Part shown: in pieces, positions 31,532 to 41,738 of the stretch
How the letters are laid out: every line of letters begins with the position of its first letter
Position numbering within the stretch: the stretch's first letter is position 1
NCBI GenBank assembly: GCA_963674755.2
Contig: CAXXVS010000002.1
Coordinates: 224,001 to 288,000 of the forward strand
Direction: 5' to 3'
From: Desulfobacterales bacterium
Lineage (GTDB): Bacteria; Desulfobacterota; Desulfobacteria; Desulfobacterales; UBA5852
DNA: 64,000 nucleotides
Notes under the pieces: generated by a model
What the model was told of the DNA's origin: nothing
Databases searched by the model: none
Seen by the model: the letters and a program-made list of their open reading frames with translations, nothing else
Made by a program: the position numbers and the translations under genes

Positions 31532-32316
31532 TCAGTTTCCTTCAAGGCCAACAAGGTGATCATTTCATTATGGATGCGTCCATTGGTGGCCAGAACGGAT
31601 TTCATTTCCGGCTTGAACGGCTGGTTGTTAAAGTCCGTCACACAGCCCCCCGCCTCGGTCACGATGAGATGGCCGGCGGCCACATCCCAGGGTTGAAGGT
31701 TCTCCTCCCAAAAGGCTTCAAAGCGTCCTGCGGCGACATAACTCAGGTCCAGGGCGGCGGCTCCCAGTCGGCGGACGCCCTGGGAGGCGGCCAGGCAGCG
31801 TGTGAAGCGCGGCATGACGGTTTCCATGATCGCCTTGACATTGTAAGGGAAGCCGGTCACCAATAAACTGTCGTGGACTTGGCCGATGCCTGACACAGAG
31901 AGCCGGCGGCCGTTTAAAAAGGCGCCCTGTCCCCGAACAGCCGAGAAAAGCTCGTCCGTAAAAGGGCACCAGATCATCCCGATGAGGGGTTGCCCCCTTT
32001 GGGCCAGGGCAATGGACACACAGCAGGTGGGCAGGCCGTGGGCGAAATTGGTGGTCCCGTCGAGGGGATCGATAATCCATTGATAGTCCGAGGCTTCTCC
32101 GCTGGCGCCCCCCTCTTCCGAAAGGATGGCGTGGTGCGGGAAATGGGCGCGTATGACCTCGATGATACGCTTCTCAGACCCGAGATCCACCTCGGTTACC
32201 AGATCGATATCGCCTTTGTGCCTGATTTCCCGCACACGGTTCAACCGTTCCCGTACATAACGGCCGCCCCGATACGTCGCCGCCAGCGCAACGGCTTTTA
32301 AATGATTCAAATCCAT
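31528..32316 (-). CDS. suhB: Inositol monophosphatase
   Basis: DLVTEVD, SEE, WIIDPLDGTTNF, WDVAAG. Confidence 0.93.
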   Translation of the reverse strand: MDLNHLKAVALAATYRGGRYVRERLNRVREIRHKGDIDLVTEVDLGSEKRIIEVIRAHFPHHAILSEEGGASGEASDYQWIIDPLDGTTNFAHGLPTCCVSIALAQRGQPLIGMIWCPFTDELFSAVRGQGAFLNGRRLSVSGIGQVHDSLLVTGFPYNVKAIMETVMPRFTRCLAASQGVRRLGAAALDLSYVAAGRFEAFWEENLQPWDVAAGHLIVTEAGGCVTDFNNQPFKPEMKSVLATNGRIHNEMITLLALKETE

Positions 32317-32379
32317 AAGCTCTCCAAACTATCGTAAATATGTTCGGCATGTCAAACCAAAAGGGGGGCTTTCGATCGG

Positions 32380-34059
32380 TCAGGGCATCGTCGGATCGGC
32401 AGGCTGGCGGGTCGGGTCGGGCGGCAGCGCGATACGGCCGTTTTCGAAAAACTGATCCATGGCCCGGATCAGAGGCGCCAGGGTGTCTGTGTCAATGGCG
32501 GAGATGGGAATGCCCTGGAGGGCATTGACACGCTGCAAACGGTCCGCCCCACCGAGGCGGTCCTGCTTGTTCAAGACCCGCAGCGTAGGGATATGGGCCA
32601 GATCGAGCTCTTCGAGGATGTGTTCCACCGACCGAACCTGATTGCGGTATTGGGGGTGGCTGATATCGATGACGTGCAGCAGCAGGTCGGCGTTTGCCAG
32701 TTCTTCCAGGGTGGCGCGAAAGGCGGTCATCAATTCCCGGGGCAGATCTCGGATGAAACCCACGGTATCGGTGATAATGACTTCGGTTTCACGGGGGAAT
32801 TTCATCCGGCGACTGGAAGGGTCGAGGGTGGCGAAAAGACGGTTTTCCGCCTTTACCTGGCTGCGTGTCAGGTGGTTGAGCAGGGTGGATTTGCCCGCGT
32901 TGGTGTAGCCGATGATCGAGGCCACCGGCAGATGCTGCTTGGTGCGGCGGGCACGCTGCTGTTGGCGCTGCTTTTGAACATCCCGCAGGGCGGCTTCCAG
33001 GCGGTTGATGCGATTTCGGGTGAGGCGGCGATTGAGCTCCAGTTTGGTTTCGCCGGGCCCCCGGCCCCCGATACCGCCGGTCAGGCGGGACATGGCCGTA
33101 TTCTTGGCCACCAGGCGCGGCAGGAGGTATTTCAGCTGGGCCAGTTCCACCTGCAGCCGGCCTTCCCGGGTTTGGGCCTGCTGCGCGAAGATATCCAGGA
33201 TCAGCTGGGTGCGGTCGATGACCTTAAGCTCCACTTGATCGGTGATGGACTTGATCTGTGATGGATTGAGCTCCTGGTCGAAGACCAGCAGGCTGACGTG
33301 ACGCTGCATGGCCATGACGGCCAGCTCGCGCAATTTGCCCGAACCCAGCAATATCCGGGAATCGATGGCGGTGCGTTGCTGCAGAATGGTGTCCACCACT
33401 TCGACTCCGGCCGAGGCGGCCAGATGCTGCAACTCGTCGAGGGATTCCTCGGCCTCGCGACGGGATGCGGTGGTGACGCTGATCAACAGCACACGTTCGT
33501 TCCGGTCGCCAGCATCCCGCAAGGCCTGCTGGTGGGCCATTTCCGCCTCAAGGGCCATGATCGTTTCCAGGCAGTAGCGGTCGGGGTGGTGGGGATCGAT
33601 GGGCGGGAGCAGCTCGTAGGGCTGGGCGTCATTTTCGCCGGGCAGGACATGGGCAGCAAAAATTTGGTCCGGCCGCCCGTCCGAGGTCATCGTAATCGTG
33701 GCCATCATATCGAGGCGCAGCAGCACGAGGTCCGTCAGGTCGTCCTGGGAAAGGGGGTCGTGTTTCAGATGGGTGTGAACGCAGCGAAAGCCGGTCAAAC
33801 GCCCCGGAGCGACCCGCTGGGCGACGAGGCCCGGAATGAAGATCTGGTGGTGATCCCCTATGATGACACAGGCCACTTTGCCCTTGCGGTTGATCAGGAG
33901 GCCCACCTGGCGCCGGATGTCACTGGAAACGCGAACAAGATCCCGCGCCAGCTCCGGGGAAACCAGAACGGCCGGTGACACACGGCGCCCGGTCATCCGT
34001 TCGATCTGCTTGAGTTGGCTGGGCTTGAGCCCGGTCAGATTGCCATAGACGCGTTTCAT
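32380..34059 (-). CDS. hflX: GTPase HflX, long N-terminal form
   Basis: DRTQLILDIF, GRGPGET, GYTNAGKST, LFATLD, DTVGF, NKQD. Confidence 0.95.
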   Translation of the reverse strand: MKRVYGNLTGLKPSQLKQIERMTGRRVSPAVLVSPELARDLVRVSSDIRRQVGLLINRKGKVACVIIGDHHQIFIPGLVAQRVAPGRLTGFRCVHTHLKHDPLSQDDLTDLVLLRLDMMATITMTSDGRPDQIFAAHVLPGENDAQPYELLPPIDPHHPDRYCLETIMALEAEMAHQQALRDAGDRNERVLLISVTTASRREAEESLDELQHLAASAGVEVVDTILQQRTAIDSRILLGSGKLRELAVMAMQRHVSLLVFDQELNPSQIKSITDQVELKVIDRTQLILDIFAQQAQTREGRLQVELAQLKYLLPRLVAKNTAMSRLTGGIGGRGPGETKLELNRRLTRNRINRLEAALRDVQKQRQQQRARRTKQHLPVASIIGYTNAGKSTLLNHLTRSQVKAENRLFATLDPSSRRMKFPRETEVIITDTVGFIRDLPRELMTAFRATLEELANADLLLHVIDISHPQYRNQVRSVEHILEELDLAHIPTLRVLNKQDRLGGADRLQRVNALQGIPISAIDTDTLAPLIRAMDQFFENGRIALPPDPTRQPADPTMP

Positions 34060-34182
34060 GGAAAACGTGTAGGGCCGGCGGAGAAGGATGCCCGGCAGCG
34101 TTCCGTCACGACAGGCAGACGCCGGTTTGCGATGAGGCCGTCGACGATGGCACGTTGTTGGAGACGGGCGTTTTTCACGGCG

Positions 34183-35625
34183 TTAATCGGCTTCGGGAAC
34201 GTACCCATCCCGCACCATGTTCTCGAAACGGGTGGAGGCATGCCTGAAGGCCAGCGATACGTCTCCGGTCGGACCATTGCGGTGTTTGGCGACGATAATT
34301 TCCGCCTTGCCGGCGTTGGGATTGTTTTCGTCGCGGTTGTAGACTTCATCCCGGTAAATAAACATGACCACATCGGCGTCCTGCTCGAGGGCGCCGGATT
34401 CCCGCAAATCCGAAAGTTTGGGGCGCTTGTCGGTGCGCTCTTCAAGCTTGCGGTTGAGCTGGGAGAGCGCCACCACCGGTACTTGCAGCTCCTTGGCCAG
34501 CGCTTTGAGGGAGCGTGATATTTCCGAAATTTCCAGATCCCGCCGTTCGGTATTGCGGCGCCCCTGCATCAATTGCAGGTAGTCTATGATAACCAGTCCC
34601 AGCTTATTGTCCATTTTCAGCCGGCGGGCTTTGGCACGCACATCCAGAGCGGTCAGATCCGGGGAGTCATCGATAAAAATGGGGGCTTCCGAGAGCACGC
34701 TGGCAGCCTGGGTAATGTTGGCCCAGTCCTCGTTGCTGAGAAATCCGCCCCGCAGGCGATGGGAATCCACGCGCGCCTCCGCGCAGAGCATGCGCATGGT
34801 GAGCTGCTCCTTGGACATTTCCAATGAGAACAGGGCCACGGCGTTTTGGGTCTCCACGGCGGTGTTGCGGGCGATATTGAGCGCGAAAGCGGTTTTGCCC
34901 ATGCTGGGGCGGGCCGCTAGAATGATCAGATCCGAAGGCTGAAAGCCCGATGTAAGATAATCCAGGTCGGTGAAGCCGGTGGGCACACCGGTGATCAAGG
35001 TGCGATTGCCCTGGCGTTCTTCGAGCTTGTCGATATTGCCCTCAATTAATGAACTGATGGGGTAGAACGATTTGCGGGATTTGTTCTCGGCGATTTCGAA
35101 AACGGACTGCTCGGCAAAATCCAGGAGTTCGTCCACATTGCCGCGGTCTTCGAAGCAGCGTTGGACAATCTGGTTGGACTTGGCAATCAGGCGGCGGACA
35201 CAGGCCTTGTCGTGGACGATTTTGGCATAGTGGGCGGCATTGACGGCCATGGGGGCCGTATCCACCAGTTTGGCCAGGAAGGTGGCGCCCCCGATTTCTT
35301 CCAGGGCCCCTTTCTCTTTCAGGATATTGGCCAGGGTGACCAGGTCCACCGGTTCGCTGCGGGTGAAAAGATCCGTGATGCCTTCAAAGATGCGCTGATG
35401 GGCCGAGCGGTAAAAATCCTCGGGGGCGAGAATCTCAAGAATATCCAGGAGGGCCGTATTGTCGATCAAAACAGCGCTGAGCAGGGAGGCTTCCGCTTCC
35501 AGATTCTGGGGCGGCAGATGATGAAGGGCCGGGTCTTGTGGGGGCGGCGTGTGGCGCGCGGTCATGAGGTCATGCCTATCATTGGGTTGGGGTCGGCTGG
35601 CGGTGCGGCGACGGTCCATGACCAC
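34183..35625 (-). CDS. dnaB: Replicative DNA helicase
   Basis: PPQNLEAE, AARPSMGKT, FSLEM, IDYLQL, SQLNR, LRESGALEQDAD; true start may be 35565. Confidence 0.96.
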   Translation of the reverse strand: MVMDRRRTASRPQPNDRHDLMTARHTPPPQDPALHHLPPQNLEAEASLLSAVLIDNTALLDILEILAPEDFYRSAHQRIFEGITDLFTRSEPVDLVTLANILKEKGALEEIGGATFLAKLVDTAPMAVNAAHYAKIVHDKACVRRLIAKSNQIVQRCFEDRGNVDELLDFAEQSVFEIAENKSRKSFYPISSLIEGNIDKLEERQGNRTLITGVPTGFTDLDYLTSGFQPSDLIILAARPSMGKTAFALNIARNTAVETQNAVALFSLEMSKEQLTMRMLCAEARVDSHRLRGGFLSNEDWANITQAASVLSEAPIFIDDSPDLTALDVRAKARRLKMDNKLGLVIIDYLQLMQGRRNTERRDLEISEISRSLKALAKELQVPVVALSQLNRKLEERTDKRPKLSDLRESGALEQDADVVMFIYRDEVYNRDENNPNAGKAEIIVAKHRNGPTGDVSLAFRHASTRFENMVRDGYVPEAD

Positions 35626-35688
35626 TGCCGGCCGGTCGGCCAGACAGTGATCACGGACGTGATTCGGATTTTCCGGCTGTAAGCCTTC

Positions 35689-35846
35689 GGGTCCTGTTCA
35701 TAAAAATAATGAGGTCATGCGGGCGCCCAGGCGCCTGCCTGACAAGGCGCGGAACCTAAAGAATATCAGAAATATTATTTGGTTTCGCAACGCCGCCAGG
35801 CAGGATGGAGGGGTGGCCGAATGTCATCATATTTGTGAATAGGGCC
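35689..35846. repeat. Palindromic MITE-like element between rplI and dnaB
   Basis: Imperfect terminal inverted repeats GGTCCTGTTCATAAAAATAATGA / TCATCATATTTGTGAATAGGGCC; internal CCTGCCTG/CAGGCAGG pairing. Confidence 0.55.
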
Positions 35847-35848
35847 AC

Positions 35849-36304
35849 TTAGGCGCTCACTTCTTCCGGTTCCACATGGACCGTAATTTCCGGTTCGACA
35901 CCCCGATAAACCCTGATCGGCACTTTATAGGTGCCGACCGCTTTGATGGGATCGGTCAGGAGGACGATCCGGCGTTCCACCTGAACATCCTGTTTGGCCA
36001 GTGCCTCCACGATGTCGCGCACGGTGACGGAGCCGTAAAGGCGCTCCTCGTCGGCCGTACGAGCCTTGATGGTGCATTCCACGCCCTCCAGGCGCTGGGC
36101 CATTTCCTCCGCCATGCTCTTCTCTTTGGCGATTTGAAGATCGAACTTGGTTTTCTCCTGCTCGAGCATGCGTCGATTCTGGGGTGTGGCCTGGACCGCT
36201 TTGTCCTGCGGGAAGAGGTAATTGCGGGCGTACCCGTCGGCCACCTCCACCTCGCTACCGATAATCCCGAGGGATTCGATGGTTTCCTTCAATATAATTC
36301 GCAT
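35849..36304 (-). CDS. rplI: 50S ribosomal protein L9
   Basis: VADGYARNYLFP, LYGSVT, PIKAVG. Confidence 0.96.
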   Translation of the reverse strand: MRIILKETIESLGIIGSEVEVADGYARNYLFPQDKAVQATPQNRRMLEQEKTKFDLQIAKEKSMAEEMAQRLEGVECTIKARTADEERLYGSVTVRDIVEALAKQDVQVERRIVLLTDPIKAVGTYKVPIRVYRGVEPEITVHVEPEEVSA

Positions 36305-36469
36305 AACAGTGTTCCTCCGAAAAACGCCATCGGCCGTATCCGCAACCCGGATGGGACCGGGATGCCGGGGAAGGCGGCTGGCCCGGCGCCGGGTGGCTTG
36401 GGTCTGTTTCCTTATGGTCGCTGCAGTTCCGGCGGTATGGTTACCAATACCGTCCGCGGTTTGCGGCGG

Positions 36470-36736
36470 CTATTTGAAATCAAGGGTTCCCACATAAGGC
36501 AACAGGGCGATCATGCGGGCGCGCTTGATGGCGAGTGTCAACTTGCGCTGATGTTTGGCACAGGCCCCGGAGATTCTGCGGGGAATGATTTTGCCGCGTT
36601 CGGTCGTGAAATTCCGCAATGTCTTGGGTTCCTTGTAATCGATTTCCAGGCTGCGGTCTGCACAGAAACGGCAAACTTTGCGGCGGTGATAAATGCGTCT
36701 TTTACGTTTACGGGGGCGGGGACGAGCTTGTGCCAT
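36470..36736 (-). CDS. rpsR: 30S ribosomal protein S18
   Basis: [29 protein letters not shown]. Confidence 0.97.
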   Translation of the reverse strand: MAQARPRPRKRKRRIYHRRKVCRFCADRSLEIDYKEPKTLRNFTTERGKIIPRRISGACAKHQRKLTLAIKRARMIALLPYVGTLDFK

Positions 36737-36737
36737 G

Positions 36738-37217
36738 TTATAGATCCTCCTTCTGGGGTTCGGATTCGGCTGCTTCCGGAGCGGGTTCGGTTTCCGAGGC
36801 CGGTGCCGGCGTTTCTTCTACGGCGGGTTCGGCTTGTGCTGCGGCACCTTCTTCCGCCGCAGGGGGCGTCTCGGATTCCGCCTCTGCCTGGGATTGCATC
36901 ATCGCTTCCTGGATGCGCTCCATATCCGCATCCTCGTCCAGGAGAATCGTCATATATTTCATGACACGGTCATCGATGCGGAACTGTCGTTCCATTTCGC
37001 TGACCAGTTCGCCGCCACCGCAGAAATCAAGGCGGGCATAGTAACCGCGCTGTTTCTTTCTGATTTCGTAGGCCAGCTTGCGGCCCCCCCACTCATCAAT
37101 CTCCACGAGCAGTCCGCCCTTCTGGGGGATCAGTTCGCGAATCTTGTCGAACACGGGCCCGCGCTGTTCTTCGCCGAGGTCCGGATCGACGATGACGATC
37201 GTTTCGTATCTCCGCAT
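36738..37217 (-). CDS. rpsF: 30S ribosomal protein S6
   Basis: [15 protein letters not shown], acidic C-terminal tail. Confidence 0.96.
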   Translation of the reverse strand: MRRYETIVIVDPDLGEEQRGPVFDKIRELIPQKGGLLVEIDEWGGRKLAYEIRKKQRGYYARLDFCGGGELVSEMERQFRIDDRVMKYMTILLDEDADMERIQEAMMQSQAEAESETPPAAEEGAAAQAEPAVEETPAPASETEPAPEAAESEPQKEDL

Positions 37218-37435
37218 AATGCCTCCTTATGGATGTAAAGCCCCGAAGACGGCCTCCGGAGCAAGGATCAGGGCTGAACGTCGTCAGCCGTTGAAAAATT
37301 TATCTTTCTACTCATTGTATCGGCCGTTTGTCAACAGCGATCTTCATAATCGTTGTCCAAGGCGTCGGTGCGCGTCCTGTAGCCCCATATAAAAAGGGGC
37401 CGATTCCAATGGATATGCCCCATAGATAGCGTTTA

Positions 37436-37476
37436 GGGCGGGCTGTGACGGAATCGAACCTTCAACCTACCGATCA
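37436..37476 (-). pseudogene. Degenerate tRNA 3' half (Lys-like), possible old att site
   Basis: Minus strand reads TGATCGGTAGGTTGAAGGTTCGATTCCGTCACAGCCCGCCC: T-loop GGTTCGATTCC present, no 5' half, no CCA. Confidence 0.5.
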
Positions 37477-37862
37477 GGCGCAGGCCCGGATCGCAGTTCT
37501 TGAGGCTTTAAATTAAATAAGGAATTGAAGGTGCTCCAGACCTACGGTTCCAACGAACATCACTTTTTACTCTGTTTTCCGTCATTTTCCAAGCATTCTT
37601 TGACTAGACCTACCAGACCAAGGGGATTTAGAAAGAGGTGCCGGACGGACACCTATCACATCATTCATCGACGATTACCGTCACGCCGTTCGTTTCAAAC
37701 AGGCCTTTTACCCTGTCAAGATCATGGATGGTTCGCGGTTTTATCCCCAGGCGGCGCTTCTGGTCTGTATTCAAGCTGGCGATCTTGGCCTCTCCCAGGT
37801 TGTTATAGGGCAACAGACAGATTGCATCCCGACCGTTTTGGCAGCCGTTTCCAACCCATCCC

Positions 37863-38303
37863 TCATCGTTTTTTAACGACCAATTCCGGGTAGCCCATCT
37901 CTTCCAGAACCCGGGGAAACCGCTTGAAGGTCGGCTTGACTACCGGTAGCAGCTTGAGCATGGCGGTAATTTTTCCGCCCTGCCTGACCTTGCCCCTGGT
38001 CACCGCGGCGATGGGATTCTCATACCCGTGCCAGAAGCGGTGGGAATGGTCGGCACTCTGCTTGGACCAGACATCCGCTTTCAGCTCGCACGGCCCTATA
38101 TAAAAGGTGCCGTACATGCCCTCTTCGGCCGGCGGGTTTTTAAGATCGATGGTAATTTCACTGTCCGGGTCGGTGTAGATAAACTTGATGATGATGTTCG
38201 CCCGGGACATCTTGGGGCCGATTTTTTCATCCCGCAACACCTGGTCCAGAAAATAGGTGTAAATCTCGTAAAGGTGTTCCTGATCCCGATAATACTCACT
38301 CAT
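37863..38303 (-). CDS. SCP2 (sterol carrier protein 2)-like protein
   Basis: FIYTDPDSEITID...AD..HRFW.G..NP..A...GKVR..G; RBS GGAG before ATG 38303. Confidence 0.7.
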   Translation of the reverse strand: MSEYYRDQEHLYEIYTYFLDQVLRDEKIGPKMSRANIIIKFIYTDPDSEITIDLKNPPAEEGMYGTFYIGPCELKADVWSKQSADHSHRFWHGYENPIAAVTRGKVRQGGKITAMLKLLPVVKPTFKRFPRVLEEMGYPELVVKKR

Positions 38304-38314
38304 AGCGATCTCCC

Positions 38315-39475
38315 TTATTTGCGCTGATCGAAGCGCCGTCCGAAAATCATGCTGGCGACCGTCAACTTCAGCATCTGCAGCGTGCCGCCGGCCACGCTCC
38401 AGGCCCGCGCATCGCGTACCATCCGCTCCAGGGGGAATTCCTTCGAGTAACCGTATCCGCCGAATATCTGCATGGCCATGTCCGTAACGTCTTTCACCAT
38501 CTCGTTGGCATAGCATTTCCCTAATGAGGCTTCGTAAATGGACGGCAGCCCCTGGCCAGCCCCGGATGCCGCCCGGTAAACGAGCAGTTTGGCCGCATCC
38601 AGCTTCATGGCCATCTCGGCCATGATGAACTGAATGGCCTGGAATTCACAAATCTCGCGGTCGAAGGCCTGGCGTTGCAGGGCGTAGTTTTTAGCCTCCT
38701 CCATGGCGCCGCCGGCCACCCCGAGGCACATGGCGGCGTTGCCGCAGCGCTCGATATCGAATGTCGTCATGAGGTTGCCGAATTCCCCCCGGTCGATCAC
38801 CAGGTTTGCTTTGGGGATTTTCACGTTGTCGAAAAAGAGGTCGCAGGACGGCATGCCCCGCAGGCCCATGAATTCCTCCTGCTTGCCGAAGGTAAAGCCC
38901 GCCATGCCCTTTTCGGCAATCACGGCGCCAATGGCTTTGTAGCCCGGCTTTTCGCCAAAACGGCAGTATACCAGATAATGGCTGGCATAGCCGCCGCCGG
39001 TAATGAACGCCTTGCGACCGTTGAGCAGAAAGTGATCGCCTTTATCTTCCGCCATCGTCTGCAAAGCGGTGAGATCGGACCCGGCCTCCGGCTCGGTCAT
39101 GCAAACCGAAACGCTGCTTTCACCTTGGCAGACACCCGGGAGGATGGCGGCTTTCTGTTCCGGCGTCCCAAACATATCGATGACCCGCACCGGACCGACA
39201 TTGGACTCGAACACCGGGGCTGCGATCATGGGGCTGTAGCGGGCCAGGGCCTCAATGGCCAGGATGGCCGTCAAGGCACTTTCGCCCGCACCGCCGTATT
39301 CCGGGGAAAGCGTCATCCCCAAAAGCCCCATTTCGGCATAGGTGGGCATCAGGTGGTGGGGGAATTCGCCGGTCCGGTCGATATGGACGGCCAGTTCCTT
39401 GAATTTTTCTCTGCGGGCCATGTCCCGCAGGCTGTCGAGCAACATTTGCTGTTCTTTCGTCAAACTGAAATCCAT
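38315..39475 (-). CDS. Acyl-CoA dehydrogenase
   Basis: EYGG, MTEPEAGSD, LNGRKAFIT, R.AF...I..FQ, QIFGGYGY, ERMVRD. Confidence 0.93.
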   Translation of the reverse strand: MDFSLTKEQQMLLDSLRDMARREKFKELAVHIDRTGEFPHHLMPTYAEMGLLGMTLSPEYGGAGESALTAILAIEALARYSPMIAAPVFESNVGPVRVIDMFGTPEQKAAILPGVCQGESSVSVCMTEPEAGSDLTALQTMAEDKGDHFLLNGRKAFITGGGYASHYLVYCRFGEKPGYKAIGAVIAEKGMAGFTFGKQEEFMGLRGMPSCDLFFDNVKIPKANLVIDRGEFGNLMTTFDIERCGNAAMCLGVAGGAMEEAKNYALQRQAFDREICEFQAIQFIMAEMAMKLDAAKLLVYRAASGAGQGLPSIYEASLGKCYANEMVKDVTDMAMQIFGGYGYSKEFPLERMVRDARAWSVAGGTLQMLKLTVASMIFGRRFDQRK

Positions 39476-39525
39476 GTAAATCTCCTGTTGCAGCCGTGTA
39501 AAATGTTCAGGGAACGCGCTGTGCT

Positions 39526-40893
39526 TTAGATTTTGTCCAGCAGACGGGTTATGTCGGTAACCTTTTCCAACGCAAGGATCCCGTCAATCACGGCGTCCAA
39601 TTTCTGATCATCCCGGTCACCGGAAAACCGCTTGACCTTGTTTGCCAGGGCGGCCGCATCCAGCGGATCGCGCGGGTCGCCCCGGGGGGCGTCCACCTGC
39701 CGCGCGAGACGGCGCCCATCCTTGAAAAGAATTTCGACCCGGCTGGAAGTTTTCTCCGGGTAGATCCGGTCGAGGGCTTCATCGGTTCGGACCGCTACTT
39801 TGGCGGCCAGGGCCAGGACCGCGGGGTCGCTGATCCGTTTTTCCGTGAGCTGCACGGGGCCGAGTTCGCCATCCGTCAGGCAGGCGGCCACTACGTAGGG
39901 GATTGAAAATTGCGCGGACACAAACGAGCTGCTGGCATCGACGCCTTTGCCCACGGCCAGTTCGGCAATCCCGTAGGTGGATACCGTAATGCTGGCCACC
40001 TGGGCAAGGTCAACGTCTTCAGTGGCGACCAGCTCCAGGGCCGCCTGGGCCGCGCCGTGGGTGTGGCGGCAGGCCGTATAGGGTTTGAAATAGATATCCA
40101 TGACCGAGTAGGTGTCGCCCAAGCCTTCGGTGATCCGTGAAAGGGTTGGATCGGCGGCTGTGGTAATCTTGGCAAACCCGCCGTTCAGAGCCGATCCCTC
40201 GAGCACATAGGGCGCGCCGGTCACCCCGGCCCCGGCCAGTCCGGCGGCCATGATGCCGGCACTGGCCGCCTGTCCGCCCTGGACGATTTTAACGGTATAG
40301 CCGCCCATGAGGTGCTCGGCCATGGACAGCGGCAGCAGGTAGCCCGCATTGCCCAGTGCGTTAAGCAATTGGTCCCCATCCAGGCCTCTGAGCCGAGCCG
40401 CCGCGACGGCCGCCCCATACGTCCCGCAGGTGCCCGTGGGCAGGAAGCCCCCCAGCGTGTGCCAGGGGTGCATGGCCGCGGCCGGCCGATTGGCCGCCTC
40501 ATAACCGGCCACCACCGCCTCGATGACCGCTGTCCCGGCAGCACCGGTCTCCTCGGCTACGGCCAGGGCGGCCGGGATGACCGCCACGCCCGGATGGTTC
40601 CCACCGAAACGCGAGCCGTCCTGGGCCTCAATGGCCTCGGCGGTGGTCCCGTTGATGAAGGCCGCCTGGTGCACATCGGTCTTGAAGCCGCACCCCAGGG
40701 CGGTGATTTTTCCCGGGGCACCCACGGAACGGATATAGCCCGCGATCTTCCGGACCGTTTCAAGTTCCAGGGAGCCGTAAATATTGGCCACATAGTCGAG
40801 GATACAGAGCTTGGCCTTGTGAACCACCTCAGCCGGCAACGTTTCCAGGGTTACATTTGAGCAGAATTCAGCCAATTTGCGCGTATACGTCAT
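39526..40893 (-). CDS. MmgE/PrpD family protein
   Basis: AAFING, HPG, VAGYE, KPYTACRHTH, AQFSIPY, RGDP. Confidence 0.9.
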   Translation of the reverse strand: MTYTRKLAEFCSNVTLETLPAEVVHKAKLCILDYVANIYGSLELETVRKIAGYIRSVGAPGKITALGCGFKTDVHQAAFINGTTAEAIEAQDGSRFGGNHPGVAVIPAALAVAEETGAAGTAVIEAVVAGYEAANRPAAAMHPWHTLGGFLPTGTCGTYGAAVAAARLRGLDGDQLLNALGNAGYLLPLSMAEHLMGGYTVKIVQGGQAASAGIMAAGLAGAGVTGAPYVLEGSALNGGFAKITTAADPTLSRITEGLGDTYSVMDIYFKPYTACRHTHGAAQAALELVATEDVDLAQVASITVSTYGIAELAVGKGVDASSSFVSAQFSIPYVVAACLTDGELGPVQLTEKRISDPAVLALAAKVAVRTDEALDRIYPEKTSSRVEILFKDGRRLARQVDAPRGDPRDPLDAAALANKVKRFSGDRDDQKLDAVIDGILALEKVTDITRLLDKI

Positions 40894-40908
40894 TTGCCGG
40901 GCCCTCTT

Positions 40909-41709
40909 TTATACGTATCCTTTTTTTTCATAGATGCGGATCATCCGATGGGGGTCCAAAACTTCCCTCAGCGCCTGCAGCTCTTCCGCTGTGGGGGGTT
41001 CCGTGGGATGGACATCCTCGGCCACTTTCAACTCCCACGGCGTGTTGGCCAGCACTTCCGCAATGGTGCAATCCGGGTGATAGGACGCCAGGTAGGCCTC
41101 CTTGGTCTGCGGATCAAATTTCAGGACGGCCTTGTTGGTGATGATCACCTCCGGACCGGTGTCCGGGGCCATGCCCCATTTCTCCCGGGCGCCGGCGCCG
41201 TCCAGGTAGCCCGGCGTGGTCACGAAATCGACCTTTTCTGCCAGCCGCCGCTTGTCGTGCAGGGTGATGATGAGGGTTTTACGCGCCAGGGCCCCGATGG
41301 GGTTGGCGCCGCCGCTGCCGGGGAGGCGCGCCTGGGGCGAGGCGTAGTCCCCAATGGCCGTTGTGTTGATATTGCCGTATTTGTCCACCTGGCTGCCCGA
41401 GAGAAACCCGACGTCCACCTGGCCGGCCTGCAGCACCATGCCCATGATTTCCACCAGTCCGCCGACCATGGCCGCTCCCGGGTTGAGGCAGGGGTCGCCC
41501 ACCGATAGGGCCGGGCGTTTGGGGCGCGCATCGATCACGCCGGATTCCTGCATCAGGATGGCCGTCGGCGCATGGGTCTGCCGGGCGATGTTGGCCGCCA
41601 TGGTGGGGAATCCGGTCCCCACGATGACCACGTCGCCATCCCGGATGATGCGCGCCCCACAGCATGCCATAAGCTCCGGTTTGATATAATTTTTTACCTT
41701 GTCTGCCAT
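40909..41709 (-). CDS. Family I CoA-transferase beta subunit (GctB-like)
   Basis: VGTGFP, QESG (catalytic Glu position), QVDKYGNIN, LPGSGGAN, VDFVT. Confidence 0.88.
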   Translation of the reverse strand: MADKVKNYIKPELMACCGARIIRDGDVVIVGTGFPTMAANIARQTHAPTAILMQESGVIDARPKRPALSVGDPCLNPGAAMVGGLVEIMGMVLQAGQVDVGFLSGSQVDKYGNINTTAIGDYASPQARLPGSGGANPIGALARKTLIITLHDKRRLAEKVDFVTTPGYLDGAGAREKWGMAPDTGPEVIITNKAVLKFDPQTKEAYLASYHPDCTIAEVLANTPWELKVAEDVHPTEPPTAEELQALREVLDPHRMIRIYEKKGYV

Positions 41710-41738
41710 GTCAGGCACCCCGCTCGCGATAAACCCGT

